From Vicinamibacteria bacterium (GTDB lineage Bacteria; Acidobacteriota; Vicinamibacteria; Marinacidobacterales; Marinacidobacteraceae): a stretch of DNA of 64,000 nt. The notes below the pieces were generated by a model. That model worked only from the letters and a program-made list of their open reading frames with translations, was not told the DNA's origin and did not search any database. Below, piece after piece: positions 1-9,055 of the stretch (the stretch's first letter is position 1; every line of letters begins with the position of its first letter). The stretch covers positions 608,001-672,000 of the forward strand of contig OY729431.1 in NCBI GenBank assembly GCA_963422395.1. Reading direction: 5' to 3'. Position numbers and translations under genes: made by a program.

Positions 1-1057
1 CGCGGTCTTCCGCCGTCGGCGGGCGGTCCGAAGCCGCGAGGTGCTCCTCTTCAACCAGGAACTCGCCGCGCTGCTGCGCGCCGGGCTGCCGCTCGCCGAA
101 GCGCTCGCCATCATGGTGGAACGCATGGAAAACCGAACGCTGCGGCTTTCGGTCGAGGCGATCCTGGCGGAAGTCCGGGCGGGCGCCCCGATGAGCGCTG
201 CGGTGAAGCGCCATTCGTTCTTCCCCGGCGTGTATTCCGCTTGCCTGCAGGCGGGAGAGACGAGCGGCGATCTCGCCGGGATGCTGTCCCGGTTCACCGA
301 CTCGATGCGGGTGGCGGTGAAGGCGCAGTCCAACCTGACCGCGGCGCTGGTCTATCCGGCGTTCTTGCTGGCGGCGCTGCTCGGCACCGCCGCTTTCCTG
401 CTGCTCGGGGTGGTGCCGAACTTCATCCCCTTCTTCGCCGGCTTCGACCAGGAGCTTCCCGCCCTGACGATGGTCCTGCTCGGCGCCGCCGAGTTCCTGC
501 GGGATCGGTTCTGGTGGGTCGCCGCCGGGCTCGCCGCCTCGGGTGCGGTTTTCGCCGCCTGGTCACGGACGAAGCGCGCCGGACGGCTTCGCGACCGCTG
601 GGTCCTGCGCCTCCCGGCGGTCGGCGAAGTGCTGCGGCTCTACGCGATGTCCCAGTTCAGTCGAGCTCTCGGAACCCTGCTCGCCGGGGGCATGCCGCTC
701 GCGAACGCCATTCCGGTGGCGGCCGGCGGGATCGGCAACCGCCACCTGCGCTCCTCGATCGAACCCACTGCCCGGCAGGTCCGCGAGGGCCGCTCCTTCG
801 TGGACGCGCTGGCCGAGACCGGTGAGATCCCCGGATTCGCGCTCCAGTTGGTCCGGGTGGGGGAAGGCGCCGGTGACCTCGCCCGGATGGTGACTGCGAT
901 CGCCGACTTCAACGACGAGGCCATCGAGAACCGGATGACCGTTCTACTCAGCCTGCTGACTCCGGTCGTCCTCGTCCTGCTGGGCGGTTTCGTGGCGCTC
1001 GTGCTGCTCGCCATCTACCTGCCGCTCTTCAGCCTCGCCTCGGTCCCGCAGTTCTGA
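1..1057 (+). CDS. gspF: Type II secretion/T4P inner-membrane platform protein (GspF/PilC family), 5' end outside window
   Basis: LAALLRAGLPL, GETSGDL, ALVYP and GEGAGDL motifs with 3 TM segments; frame is open back to the window start. Confidence 0.9.
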   Translation, partial: AVFRRRRAVRSREVLLFNQELAALLRAGLPLAEALAIMVERMENRTLRLSVEAILAEVRAGAPMSAAVKRHSFFPGVYSACLQAGETSGDLAGMLSRFTDSMRVAVKAQSNLTAALVYPAFLLAALLGTAAFLLLGVVPNFIPFFAGFDQELPALTMVLLGAAEFLRDRFWWVAAGLAASGAVFAAWSRTKRAGRLRDRWVLRLPAVGEVLRLYAMSQFSRALGTLLAGGMPLANAIPVAAGGIGNRHLRSSIEPTARQVREGRSFVDALAETGEIPGFALQLVRVGEGAGDLARMVTAIADFNDEAIENRMTVLLSLLTPVVLVLLGGFVALVLLAIYLPLFSLASVPQF

Positions 1058-1560
1058 TGCGTTCGAGCCTTTCCCCGAAGCGCCGGCGGGGGCGGGAGGA
1101 AGGTTTCACCCTGATCGAGCTGGTGATCGCCGCGGGGATCCTCGCGGTGCTCGCCCTCGCGATCATCCCGGTGGCGAAGGTGAGTTCGGTGCGGGTGAAG
1201 GAGATCGAGCTGCGCCGGAACCTGCGCACCGTCCGGATGGCGATCGACGCCTACCGGGAAGCCGCCGAGGTGGGCGAGATCGACGGCGATTTCGTCGAGC
1301 CCGACCACGAGAACTACCCGCCCACCCTCGAATCGCTGGTGGAAGGAGTGCCGGGGCCCCGCCGGGAAGACGGGAGGACCCCGGTGGTCCGTTTTCTCCG
1401 ACGCTTACCGCTCGACCCGATCACCGGACGCGCTGACTGGCTGCTGCGTTCCTACCAGGACGACTTGGACACCCTCTCCTGGGGCGGCGAGAATGTGTAC
1501 GACCTGCGCTCCGCCTCTCCGCGGACCGCACTCGACGGAACTCCCTACCGGTCATGGTGA
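1057..1560 (+). CDS. gspG: Pseudopilin, GspG-like
   Basis: Prepilin cleavage motif G|FTLIEL, hydrophobic helix, YPPTLESLV and LPLDPIT. Confidence 0.85.
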   Translation: MRSSLSPKRRRGREEGFTLIELVIAAGILAVLALAIIPVAKVSSVRVKEIELRRNLRTVRMAIDAYREAAEVGEIDGDFVEPDHENYPPTLESLVEGVPGPRREDGRTPVVRFLRRLPLDPITGRADWLLRSYQDDLDTLSWGGENVYDLRSASPRTALDGTPYRSW

Positions 1561-1961
1561 ACCCTGGCCCCCGCGCTCCCGGAGACGCCGGCTTCAGCTT
1601 CATCGAGATGGTGCTGGTGCTGTTGGTGCTGGGAGTGCTCTTCGGGATGGCGGTGCCGCGCTACCAGGCGCAGGTCGTGAAGGCGAAGGAAGCGGTCCTT
1701 TCGCACAACCTCGCGGTGCTGCGCGAGCGGCTCGACCAGTACCGCGCCGACCGCGACGAGTTCCCGAACAGCCTGGCGGAACTGGTCGTCTCCGGGTACC
1801 TCCGGGGAATCCCCGAGGACCCCATGACCCAGTCCATCCTCTGGGAGGAAGTGCGGGACGGCTACGACCCGCTGTTCCCCGATGCCCCGGCGGGGGTGTC
1901 CGATGTGCAGAGCCGCTCGGCGGAGCTGGGCAGCGACGGGCGGCCGTACCGTGAGTGGTGA
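1554..1961 (+). CDS. gspG: Pseudopilin, GspG-like (second)
   Basis: G|FSFIEM motif, FPNSLAELV and YLRGIPEDPMT. Confidence 0.85.
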   Translation: MVNPGPRAPGDAGFSFIEMVLVLLVLGVLFGMAVPRYQAQVVKAKEAVLSHNLAVLRERLDQYRADRDEFPNSLAELVVSGYLRGIPEDPMTQSILWEEVRDGYDPLFPDAPAGVSDVQSRSAELGSDGRPYREW

Positions 1962-2565
1962 GGTGCGCCCCGGCGGGCGCGGAAGCGCCCCCGGCTATGT
2001 GCTCTTCGGGGTGCTCGTCGGGGCGGTGCTCCTTTCCCTCGGGATGATGGCGGCGGTCAGTCTCTGGAGCCGGGTGGTCCAGCGCGAACGCGAAGCCGAG
2101 CTGCTGTTCCGGGGCGAGGCGATCGTCCGCGCCCTCGATCGCTACCAGCAGGATCGGCCGGGAACCCTTCCCGAGACCCTCGACGAGCTCGTGGAAGGGC
2201 GCTACTTGCGGCGTGCCTTTCGCGATCCCATGACCCGCGGCCCGTTCCGCCTGCTCCGCGCCGAAGGCGCCGCGGGGGAAACCGTCGGCGGCCCCCCACC
2301 GAATCCGCGGGAAGACGCCCCCTTCGCCGCCTCTCCCGGGGAAACCGGAGAGCGCAGCGGAGAAGGCGGGAGAGGAGGGGAAGACGAAGAGGGAGAGGAC
2401 GACGGATCGGGCTCCGACTCCGGGGCGTCCCGGGGCATCGTCGGCGTGGTGAGCACCAGCGATGCGCTCAGCTTTCGCACCTACGAAGGCGCCCGTCGCT
2501 ACAGCGAGTGGAGGTTCGAGGTCTCGGCTGCGGCCTCCGCCGGCCGCCGCTCCCGGGAGCGCTGA
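1951..2565 (+). CDS. Minor pseudopilin-like T2SS protein
   Basis: GTG start overlapping the previous stop; G|YVLFG hydrophobic N-terminus, REREAELLFRG, YLRRAFRDPMT; low-complexity acidic insert. Confidence 0.75.
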   Translation: MSGEVRPGGRGSAPGYVLFGVLVGAVLLSLGMMAAVSLWSRVVQREREAELLFRGEAIVRALDRYQQDRPGTLPETLDELVEGRYLRRAFRDPMTRGPFRLLRAEGAAGETVGGPPPNPREDAPFAASPGETGERSGEGGRGGEDEEGEDDGSGSDSGASRGIVGVVSTSDALSFRTYEGARRYSEWRFEVSAAASAGRRSRER

Positions 2566-3607
2566 GACCCGGAACAGAAACATTGCTTCGGCCTTCCGCC
2601 GCGTAGAAGTCGGTTCGGATCGGCGGGTCCGTCCGGTAGCCGATCTGTCCCCGGTGGAAGAGCCGGCTGCCGGCGCCCCCGTTCGGTCCCATCAGGCCCT
2701 CTTTCTCGAGCCTGTCGATCACCACCTGGTGGGCGCCGTTCCAGATGTCCACTGCGACCCAGCGCCGTCCGAGCCGCTCGGCGGCAACCGGCGTCGTGGC
2801 GCACCCGGCGAAGGGGTCCAGGACCAGATCCCCCCGGTTCGAGGAGGCGGCGATGATCCTCTCGTAGAGCGCCAGGGGCTTTTGGGTCGGATACCCGGTT
2901 CGCTCGGGATTCCAACCGGTCACCGTCTTGATGTCGTCCCACCAGTCGGTCAGCGGAGTGCCGCGGTCCAGGTCGATCCGGTTGTGCGGTCCGGAATAGG
3001 TGCTGTGGATTCCGACCGCCTGGGTATTGGCCTTGTACGGTTTGCGCTCGGTGTGGAAGGTGTATTCCCTGGACTTGGTGTACCGCAAGATGATGTCGTG
3101 CTTCCGCGGAAAGTCGTTTCGCGGGACGCCGCCGCCGGAATAGCACCAGACGATCTCGTTGCGGAAATTGCGCCTGCCGAAGATCGAGTCCAGGAGTTGT
3201 TTCAGGTAGTGGGAAGCCGTTGGGTCGCAATGCAGGTAGAGGCTTCCGGTATCTCGAAGCACCCTTCGCATTTCGAGGAGCCGCACCCCGAGGAAACACA
3301 GGAAGGCACCCATATCGTCGCCGTAACTCCCTCGCGCGGCCTGGATGACCCGAAGAACATTCGGCCGATCGTCCTCGATCCGATCCAGCCAGGCCTGGTG
3401 CTCATCGCCGTTCCAGCTCCATCGATCGAGAAAGGAGGCGCCGCGCGCGAGGCTGTCGGGGGCCGCCTGGAAGTTCTTCCCCTTGTTGAAGGGAGGATCG
3501 GTAGCGATGAGATCGACCGTCCTCGAGTTCATCCCTCGAAGCACGGGAAGGTTGTCTGCGTGGTACAGCGTCCTCGACGCGAAGTTCGGTTGGGGTGGGC
3601 AGGACAG
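2468..3607 (-). CDS. Orphan DNA amino-methyltransferase (beta class, N6-A/N4-C)
   Basis: DPPF motif IV precedes YPTQKP and DPFAGCAT motif I; homology extends upstream of the ORF-track start (RTLYHADNLPVL) to a CTG at 3607 with GGAGG 7 nt upstream. Confidence 0.9.
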   Translation of the reverse strand: MSCPPQPNFASRTLYHADNLPVLRGMNSRTVDLIATDPPFNKGKNFQAAPDSLARGASFLDRWSWNGDEHQAWLDRIEDDRPNVLRVIQAARGSYGDDMGAFLCFLGVRLLEMRRVLRDTGSLYLHCDPTASHYLKQLLDSIFGRRNFRNEIVWCYSGGGVPRNDFPRKHDIILRYTKSREYTFHTERKPYKANTQAVGIHSTYSGPHNRIDLDRGTPLTDWWDDIKTVTGWNPERTGYPTQKPLALYERIIAASSNRGDLVLDPFAGCATTPVAAERLGRRWVAVDIWNGAHQVVIDRLEKEGLMGPNGGAGSRLFHRGQIGYRTDPPIRTDFYAAEGRSNVSVPGLSAPGSGGRRRPQPRPRTSTRCSDGRLRRCES

Positions 3608-3664
3608 TGCGAATCCTCCCTCGGTGTGGGTATGGGGTCCGGTGGACGATGCTCTCCCCGGAAG

Positions 3665-6535
3665 TCAGGGTAGATACCTGGCGAGGTATTCCGCGGGGTG
3701 GAGCGCCTCCCGCCCCGCAGCGTCGAAGAGCTGATGCCGGCAAGAGGTTCCCGCCGCGATCACCGCATCTTCCGGCGGCAGCTGCCGCACTGCGGGAAGG
3801 AGCCGCCTCTCTCCCACCGCGAGGGACAGCTCGTAGTGATCGGCGGTATAGCCGAAACTCCCCGCCATGCCGCAGCATCCCGAATCGGCGACGGTGATCT
3901 CGGCGCCGCTGGTCCCGAGCAGCCCGGCGAGCGGCGCGGTCCCGCAAAACGCCTTCTGATGGCAGTGGCCGTGCGCGAGCGCGCGGGAGCCTTCGCCGCG
4001 GCCGCCGAGCAGCCGGGCGAGGGCCTCGCGCTCCCGGGCCAGGAACTCGTCGAACAGGAACGACTGCTCGGCGAGGAGACGAGCCGCCGGGCGGGCGGGC
4101 TCGGGAACGAGCTCGGGGATCTCGTCGCGAAAGCTGAAGAGGCAGGACGGCTCCAGGCCGACGACCGGAGTTCCGGACTCGGCGAAATGCGAGAGAGCCT
4201 CGACGCTTTTCCGGGCTAGACGCCGCGCGCGGCCGAGGAGGCCGCGCGAGATGGCCGGGCGGCCGCAGCACGCCTCCGGAGCGAGCACCACCCGGTAGCC
4301 GAGCCCCCAGAGCACTCGGCAGGCCGCGATCCCGATCTGCGGCTCGAAGTAGTTGGTGAAGGTGTCCGCGAAGAGCGCCACTTCGGCGCGGGGCGCTTCG
4401 GGCGCCGCTCCCGCCCCCTGTTCGCGGAACCAGCGGCGGAACGAACGGCGGGCCAGTGCGGGAAGGCTGCGCCGGCGGTCGAAACCGACCAGCCGCGAGA
4501 GCAGGGCTCCGGTCCAGCCCCGGCGGTCGAGGAAACCGGGAAGCGGCCCCATCCGGCTTCCCCAGCGGGCGAGAACCTCCGGCGCTCCGAAGACGAAGTC
4601 GGCGAGCGGCCGCCGCCGGTTGCGGTAGTAGCGGTGGAGGAAATCCGCCTTGAGTCGTGCCATGTCCACCCCGGAAGGGCATTCGGCCTTGCATGCCTTG
4701 CAGGAGAGGCAGAGATCGAGCGCTCCCTTCACCCGGTCTTCGGACTCCCGGCCGGGCGCGAGCCGCCCGTCGAGAAGGGCGCGCAGCAGATTGGCCCGCC
4801 CCCGCGTGGAGTGCTCCTCCTCGCGGGTCACCATGAACGAAGGGCACATCGTCCCGGCCAGTTCCTTGCGGCAGACCCCCGCCCCGTTGCACAGCTCGAC
4901 CGCGCCGGCGAAGCCGTTCTCGCGCGGATAGGGGAACACCACGGGCAGCTCGGCGGCGCGGTATCCCTCGCCGTAGCGGAGGTTCTCGGTCATCGCCGGA
5001 GCGTCCACCACCTTGCCGGGATTCATGATGCCGGCGGGGTCGAAGGCGGCCTTGAGCCGGCGGAACGCCTCGTACACGCGCGGTCCGAAGGCGCGCTCGT
5101 TGAAGTGGCTGCGGGCGAGGCCGTCGCCGTGCTCGCCGCTCATCGAGCCGCCGAAGTCGAGCACCAGGTCGCAGACCTCCCGCGCGAGCGCGTCCATCTT
5201 GCGGACCTCGGCGGGCTCCTTGAGGTCGATGAGCGGCCGGATGTGGAGGCAGCCGGCGCCCGCGTGAGCGTAGAAACTGCCTTCGGTGTTCCGGCCGGCG
5301 AGGATCTCCTCGAACCGCGCGATGAACTCGGGGAGACGCGCCGGCTCGACGGCGGTGTCCTCCACGAACGCGATGGGTTTCTTGCCCCCGGGGAGGCTCA
5401 GCAGCAGCGGGAGCGCCGCTTTGCGCACCTGCCAGACATTCTGCTGCTCCGCGGGGTCGAGCATCCGCAGCAGGGGCTGGCCGTGTCCGCCGAGGCGGCG
5501 TTCGAGGAGGTCGAGGCGGGAGGCTGCCTCGGCGCGGCTCTGCCCGGCGAACTCGACCAGCAGGAGCGCTCCGGGCTCGCCCTCCACGAAACCGAGCCGG
5601 CGCGAGTACTCGAGCGACTCGCGCGCGAGCGTCAGCACCATCCGGTCCACGAGCTCGACCGCCGTCGGCCCGAGATCGAGCGCCACCACCCCGGCTTCGA
5701 GCGCCGGCAGCAGCCCGTCGAAATGGAGGACGGCGAGGGCGGCCGCGGGAGGCTTGCGGACGAGCTTCACCCGGGCCTCGACGACGGTGGCGAGTGTTCC
5801 TTCGGAGCCCACCACCAAGTGGGCGAGGTTCACTCCCACCGGGTCGAGCAGCACATCGAGGTTGTAGCCGGAGACCCGCCGAGGAATTCGCGGGAAGCGC
5901 GCCGCGATCTCTTCGCTGTATTCGGCGCGCAGCGCCAGCACTTCGCGGAGGATGCGGGCGAGCGGCCCCGCCTCCCGAGCTCTCCGGCGGATGTCGTCCC
6001 AACGCATCCAGGAGAGCCGTTCGAGGCTTCCGTCGGGCAGAACGACGGTGGCGTCCATCACATTGTCCACCGTCTTCCCATAGACGAGCGAGCGAGCTCC
6101 CGCCGAGTTGTTGCCGATCATCCCGCCGAGGTTGGCGCGGTTCGAGGTGGAGGTCTCCGGCCCGAATCGCAGCCCGAGCGGGCCGAGCACCGCGCCGAAG
6201 GCGTCCTGCACGACGCCCGGCTGCACCCGCGCCCACATCTCCTCGCGGTTCACCTCGAGCACGCTCCGAAAATGGGCCGAGAGATCGAGGATCAGCGCTT
6301 CGCCCACTGCCTGTCCGGCGAGCGAGGTGCCCCCGCCCCGCGGCAGCACCGGCGCTCCGGCGGCGGCGCAGGCCCGCACCGCCTCCGCCACATCGGCGGA
6401 GTGGCGGGGAATCACCACCCCGGTGGGTTCGATCTGGTAGATGCTCGCGTCGTTCGAGTAGAGGATCCGGGTGGCGCGGTCGAAGCGGACATCCCCTTCG
6501 AGGCGCTCCCGAAGCTCGCGGGCCAGCTCTCCCAT
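3665..6535 (-). CDS. FAD-linked oxidoreductase with Fe-S/CCG domains (YdiJ/GlcD-GlcF fusion type)
   Basis: PRGGGTSLAGQ, SGEHGDG, CLSCKACKAEC, CCG, HGHCHQ and GCCGMAG motifs. Confidence 0.92.
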   Translation of the reverse strand: MGELARELRERLEGDVRFDRATRILYSNDASIYQIEPTGVVIPRHSADVAEAVRACAAAGAPVLPRGGGTSLAGQAVGEALILDLSAHFRSVLEVNREEMWARVQPGVVQDAFGAVLGPLGLRFGPETSTSNRANLGGMIGNNSAGARSLVYGKTVDNVMDATVVLPDGSLERLSWMRWDDIRRRAREAGPLARILREVLALRAEYSEEIAARFPRIPRRVSGYNLDVLLDPVGVNLAHLVVGSEGTLATVVEARVKLVRKPPAAALAVLHFDGLLPALEAGVVALDLGPTAVELVDRMVLTLARESLEYSRRLGFVEGEPGALLLVEFAGQSRAEAASRLDLLERRLGGHGQPLLRMLDPAEQQNVWQVRKAALPLLLSLPGGKKPIAFVEDTAVEPARLPEFIARFEEILAGRNTEGSFYAHAGAGCLHIRPLIDLKEPAEVRKMDALAREVCDLVLDFGGSMSGEHGDGLARSHFNERAFGPRVYEAFRRLKAAFDPAGIMNPGKVVDAPAMTENLRYGEGYRAAELPVVFPYPRENGFAGAVELCNGAGVCRKELAGTMCPSFMVTREEEHSTRGRANLLRALLDGRLAPGRESEDRVKGALDLCLSCKACKAECPSGVDMARLKADFLHRYYRNRRRPLADFVFGAPEVLARWGSRMGPLPGFLDRRGWTGALLSRLVGFDRRRSLPALARRSFRRWFREQGAGAAPEAPRAEVALFADTFTNYFEPQIGIAACRVLWGLGYRVVLAPEACCGRPAISRGLLGRARRLARKSVEALSHFAESGTPVVGLEPSCLFSFRDEIPELVPEPARPAARLLAEQSFLFDEFLAREREALARLLGGRGEGSRALAHGHCHQKAFCGTAPLAGLLGTSGAEITVADSGCCGMAGSFGYTADHYELSLAVGERRLLPAVRQLPPEDAVIAAGTSCRHQLFDAAGREALHPAEYLARYLP

Positions 6536-6628
6536 GCGGCGGTGAGAATACCCGCGCGCTTTTCCGGGGAGTCCGAGGCGGGAGCGGGTGGTTTCGATTC
6601 CGGCCTGGATCTAGCGGGAGGCTCGGTC

Positions 6629-8524
6629 ATGGCATTCCGGTCTTTCGAATCCTTCGAGGCGTTACGGAAACAGCTGGGTTCGGCCTCCTTCGAAGCGGCG
6701 CCGGAATACGAGATCCTCCGGGTCGCCGCGCGGGTCGAAGCCGACGACGGAGCGGCCGCAGCGAATACCTGCCGCGCCGTGATCCACGATTGGGCGAGGT
6801 CGCGCAGCGGCGGGGAGCTGCCGCCGGCAGCGGAGAATCACGGGAGCTTTTCCTTCTCCGACGGCCTTTGGCGCTGCGAGGGCATTCGGATCGAGAGCGC
6901 GGAGACCGACACCTGGGCGCTCCGCCTACGCCACTCCGACGGCGCCGACGCGGGCCGCGTCTGGATCACCGAAGTCGATGTCGAAGCCCCGGCGGGGAGG
7001 CACCCGGAGTTCCGGCTCCGCGTCCTGCTGGATCGAGATCCGTCCTCGCCCGACTTCGAACCGCGCGTGCCGGAAATCCTGGGAAAGATCGCTTCGCGGT
7101 TGGAACTGCGGCAGTTCGGCGAGCCGATCTGTGCCGATCCCTGGTTCGTCGACTCCCCTGCGGAGGCCGAGCGGCTCTGTCAGATCCTCCTGGCACCGGA
7201 TCGCCGGCGCCCGGTCATCGTCCTCTCGGTACCGGAAGGCGCTCCGGAGCCCTGTCGGCCGCTGCTCGATCCGGTGCTGCTGACTCGTGCCGCGCTGGGG
7301 CTGGCGTCGGTGGTGGTGCTTCCCGCCGCCTTCACCTGGAATCTGACCCGGAATTTCGACAAGCGCCTCGCCGTCTATAACGGTGCGGTCCGCCTCTATC
7401 TGCCCGGTTTCAGCCGAGGCGCCGACGAGCGGAAGCACTGCCTCATCCTGGGGGGCCGACTCGAGTCCTGGGAGGGGGCGATGCGCTGCCGGGCGGAGAT
7501 CCTGCGCCGGGTCGCCGAGCAGAGTCTGCACTCGCAGCCTGCCTGGTCCTTCGAGGAGGTTCGCGAGCTGGCGCGCCAGACGGCCCCCCGCGAGGAGCCC
7601 GCCCCCCCGGCGGCACCCTCCCCGGTGGAACCGCTGGAAGACGATCCGGCATCCCCCGAGGCCGCGGAGCTCGTTCCCGCTTCCGGCCCGCCGGCGGCCC
7701 CGAAGCAGACCGCGGTGGAAGAAGCAGCGGCGCCCGAGCCGCCGTCCCAACGCCCTTCCGGCGCCTTGCGGCGGCTTTGGAAACGGGCCCGCCGGCTGGC
7801 GCGCCTCTTGTCGCGAACCCCCGCCCGCCTGGCCGGAGAGGATTCGGAGCGGGCGAAGAGGGAACGGGAAAACGCCGCCCTTCGTGGGAGGATCGACGAG
7901 CTGGTGCACGCCGTCGAGCGGGCCGAACGGACGCGCCGGGAGTCCGAAGCGGAATCCAGCAAGGAAAAAGAGTTCTACCTTTCCGAATACGAACAGGCCT
8001 TCCGCCGGGCGGAAGCAGCCGAGCGCCAGCGGAGCGCCGTGGAAGAACAGCTCGGCAAACGGGTCCGGCAGCTCACCGACCAGCTGCAGCGGCACGGCCG
8101 CATCCCGCATCCGGAGACCTGGAAGGACATGCGCCAGTGGTGTGAAGAGGCGCTGGGTGGCAGCGTTGCGCTCCAGCCCGGCGCGGTGCAGGGAATCAAG
8201 AAGGCGGAGTTCGACGACCTCTGGCTTGCCGCCGAATGCCTCCTTTGGCTCGCCGGCCCGTATCGCGAATCCCGGATAGCGTCGACAGGCCGCAAGCCGG
8301 ACATCGAGAAGGAGGTGGACTCCCGCCTGAGCGACGGGCCCGCCGGGAAAAGCGTCCAGTTCAAGGACTGGAGCCATGTGCCGCGCCACGAGCGCCGCAA
8401 CATCAGCCGGGGCAACAACCGCGAACGGAAGAACTGTCTGCGGATCTACTACTACTGGGACGAGACTGCCGGGAAGGTGGTGATCGTTTCCATGCCCCAC
8501 CACGCCCATACCCGGGCGTCGTGA
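6629..8524 (+). CDS. Hypothetical multidomain protein (631 aa): globular N-terminus, Pro/Ala linker, coiled coil, possible RelE-like C-terminal domain
   Basis: ATG 6629 after GGGAGG; C-terminal CLRIYYYWDE..KVVIVSMPHH; the ORF-track extension from 4634 is antisense to the oxidoreductase. Confidence 0.7.
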   Translation: MAFRSFESFEALRKQLGSASFEAAPEYEILRVAARVEADDGAAAANTCRAVIHDWARSRSGGELPPAAENHGSFSFSDGLWRCEGIRIESAETDTWALRLRHSDGADAGRVWITEVDVEAPAGRHPEFRLRVLLDRDPSSPDFEPRVPEILGKIASRLELRQFGEPICADPWFVDSPAEAERLCQILLAPDRRRPVIVLSVPEGAPEPCRPLLDPVLLTRAALGLASVVVLPAAFTWNLTRNFDKRLAVYNGAVRLYLPGFSRGADERKHCLILGGRLESWEGAMRCRAEILRRVAEQSLHSQPAWSFEEVRELARQTAPREEPAPPAAPSPVEPLEDDPASPEAAELVPASGPPAAPKQTAVEEAAAPEPPSQRPSGALRRLWKRARRLARLLSRTPARLAGEDSERAKRERENAALRGRIDELVHAVERAERTRRESEAESSKEKEFYLSEYEQAFRRAEAAERQRSAVEEQLGKRVRQLTDQLQRHGRIPHPETWKDMRQWCEEALGGSVALQPGAVQGIKKAEFDDLWLAAECLLWLAGPYRESRIASTGRKPDIEKEVDSRLSDGPAGKSVQFKDWSHVPRHERRNISRGNNRERKNCLRIYYYWDETAGKVVIVSMPHHAHTRAS

Positions 8525-8614
8525 CGACATCGCCCTTTGGCGCGCCCTCCGGGAGAGGCCGGCCAACGCCGGCGATTCGGCCTGCGGAAGGAGAGCTGCC
8601 GGGGGCGCCGCTGT

Positions 8615-9055
8615 TCAGGAGGAGGTGGGCGAGCGGCGGGCCAGCAGGCCGAAGACCGCCGCGACCACGACCAGGAACAGCGGGATGGTGGCGGCGCCGA
8701 GTCCGAAGCTGGTGTCGAGCAGGGGAACGCGCAGCAGGATGACCAGCGCGTTCGCCAGCGTACCGGCCAGCAGCCAGGGGAAGAGCCGGGCTTTGCGCCG
8801 GTAGGGTCCCCAGGCGATTCCGAGCAGCAGGACGCCGTAGGACAGCCCGAAGGCCGCCGCGGTGCCCCGCCGCGCCGAGAGCGCCTTCGCCACCTCTCCA
8901 TCGCCGTTCGCCACCTCCTCGGGGGTGTATCGGCCGGCGATGAGGTCCGCGCTCGGATCCAGGTAGGCGGCGCTCACCGAGCTCAGCGAAAGCGCGACGG
9001 TCGCCGCGCCCAGGAGGGCGAAGAGGACCCAGCTGATGGTGTGGGCGTATTTCAT
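8615..9055 (-). CDS. Small integral membrane protein (~4 TM)
   Basis: ATG 9055 overlaps the amidohydrolase stop; four hydrophobic segments. Confidence 0.7.
   Translation of the reverse strand: MKYAHTISWVLFALLGAATVALSLSSVSAAYLDPSADLIAGRYTPEEVANGDGEVAKALSARRGTAAAFGLSYGVLLLGIAWGPYRRKARLFPWLLAGTLANALVILLRVPLLDTSFGLGAATIPLFLVVVAAVFGLLARRSPTSS

Noticed and set aside
6580-6615. GGTTTCGATTCC resembling a tRNA T-arm or attachment site
   Set aside because: No cloverleaf, acceptor stem or CCA, and no second copy seen
4634-6628. N-terminal 665 aa of the 1296-aa ORF
   Set aside because: Antisense shadow of the FAD oxidoreductase; the real start is ATG 6629 with an RBS
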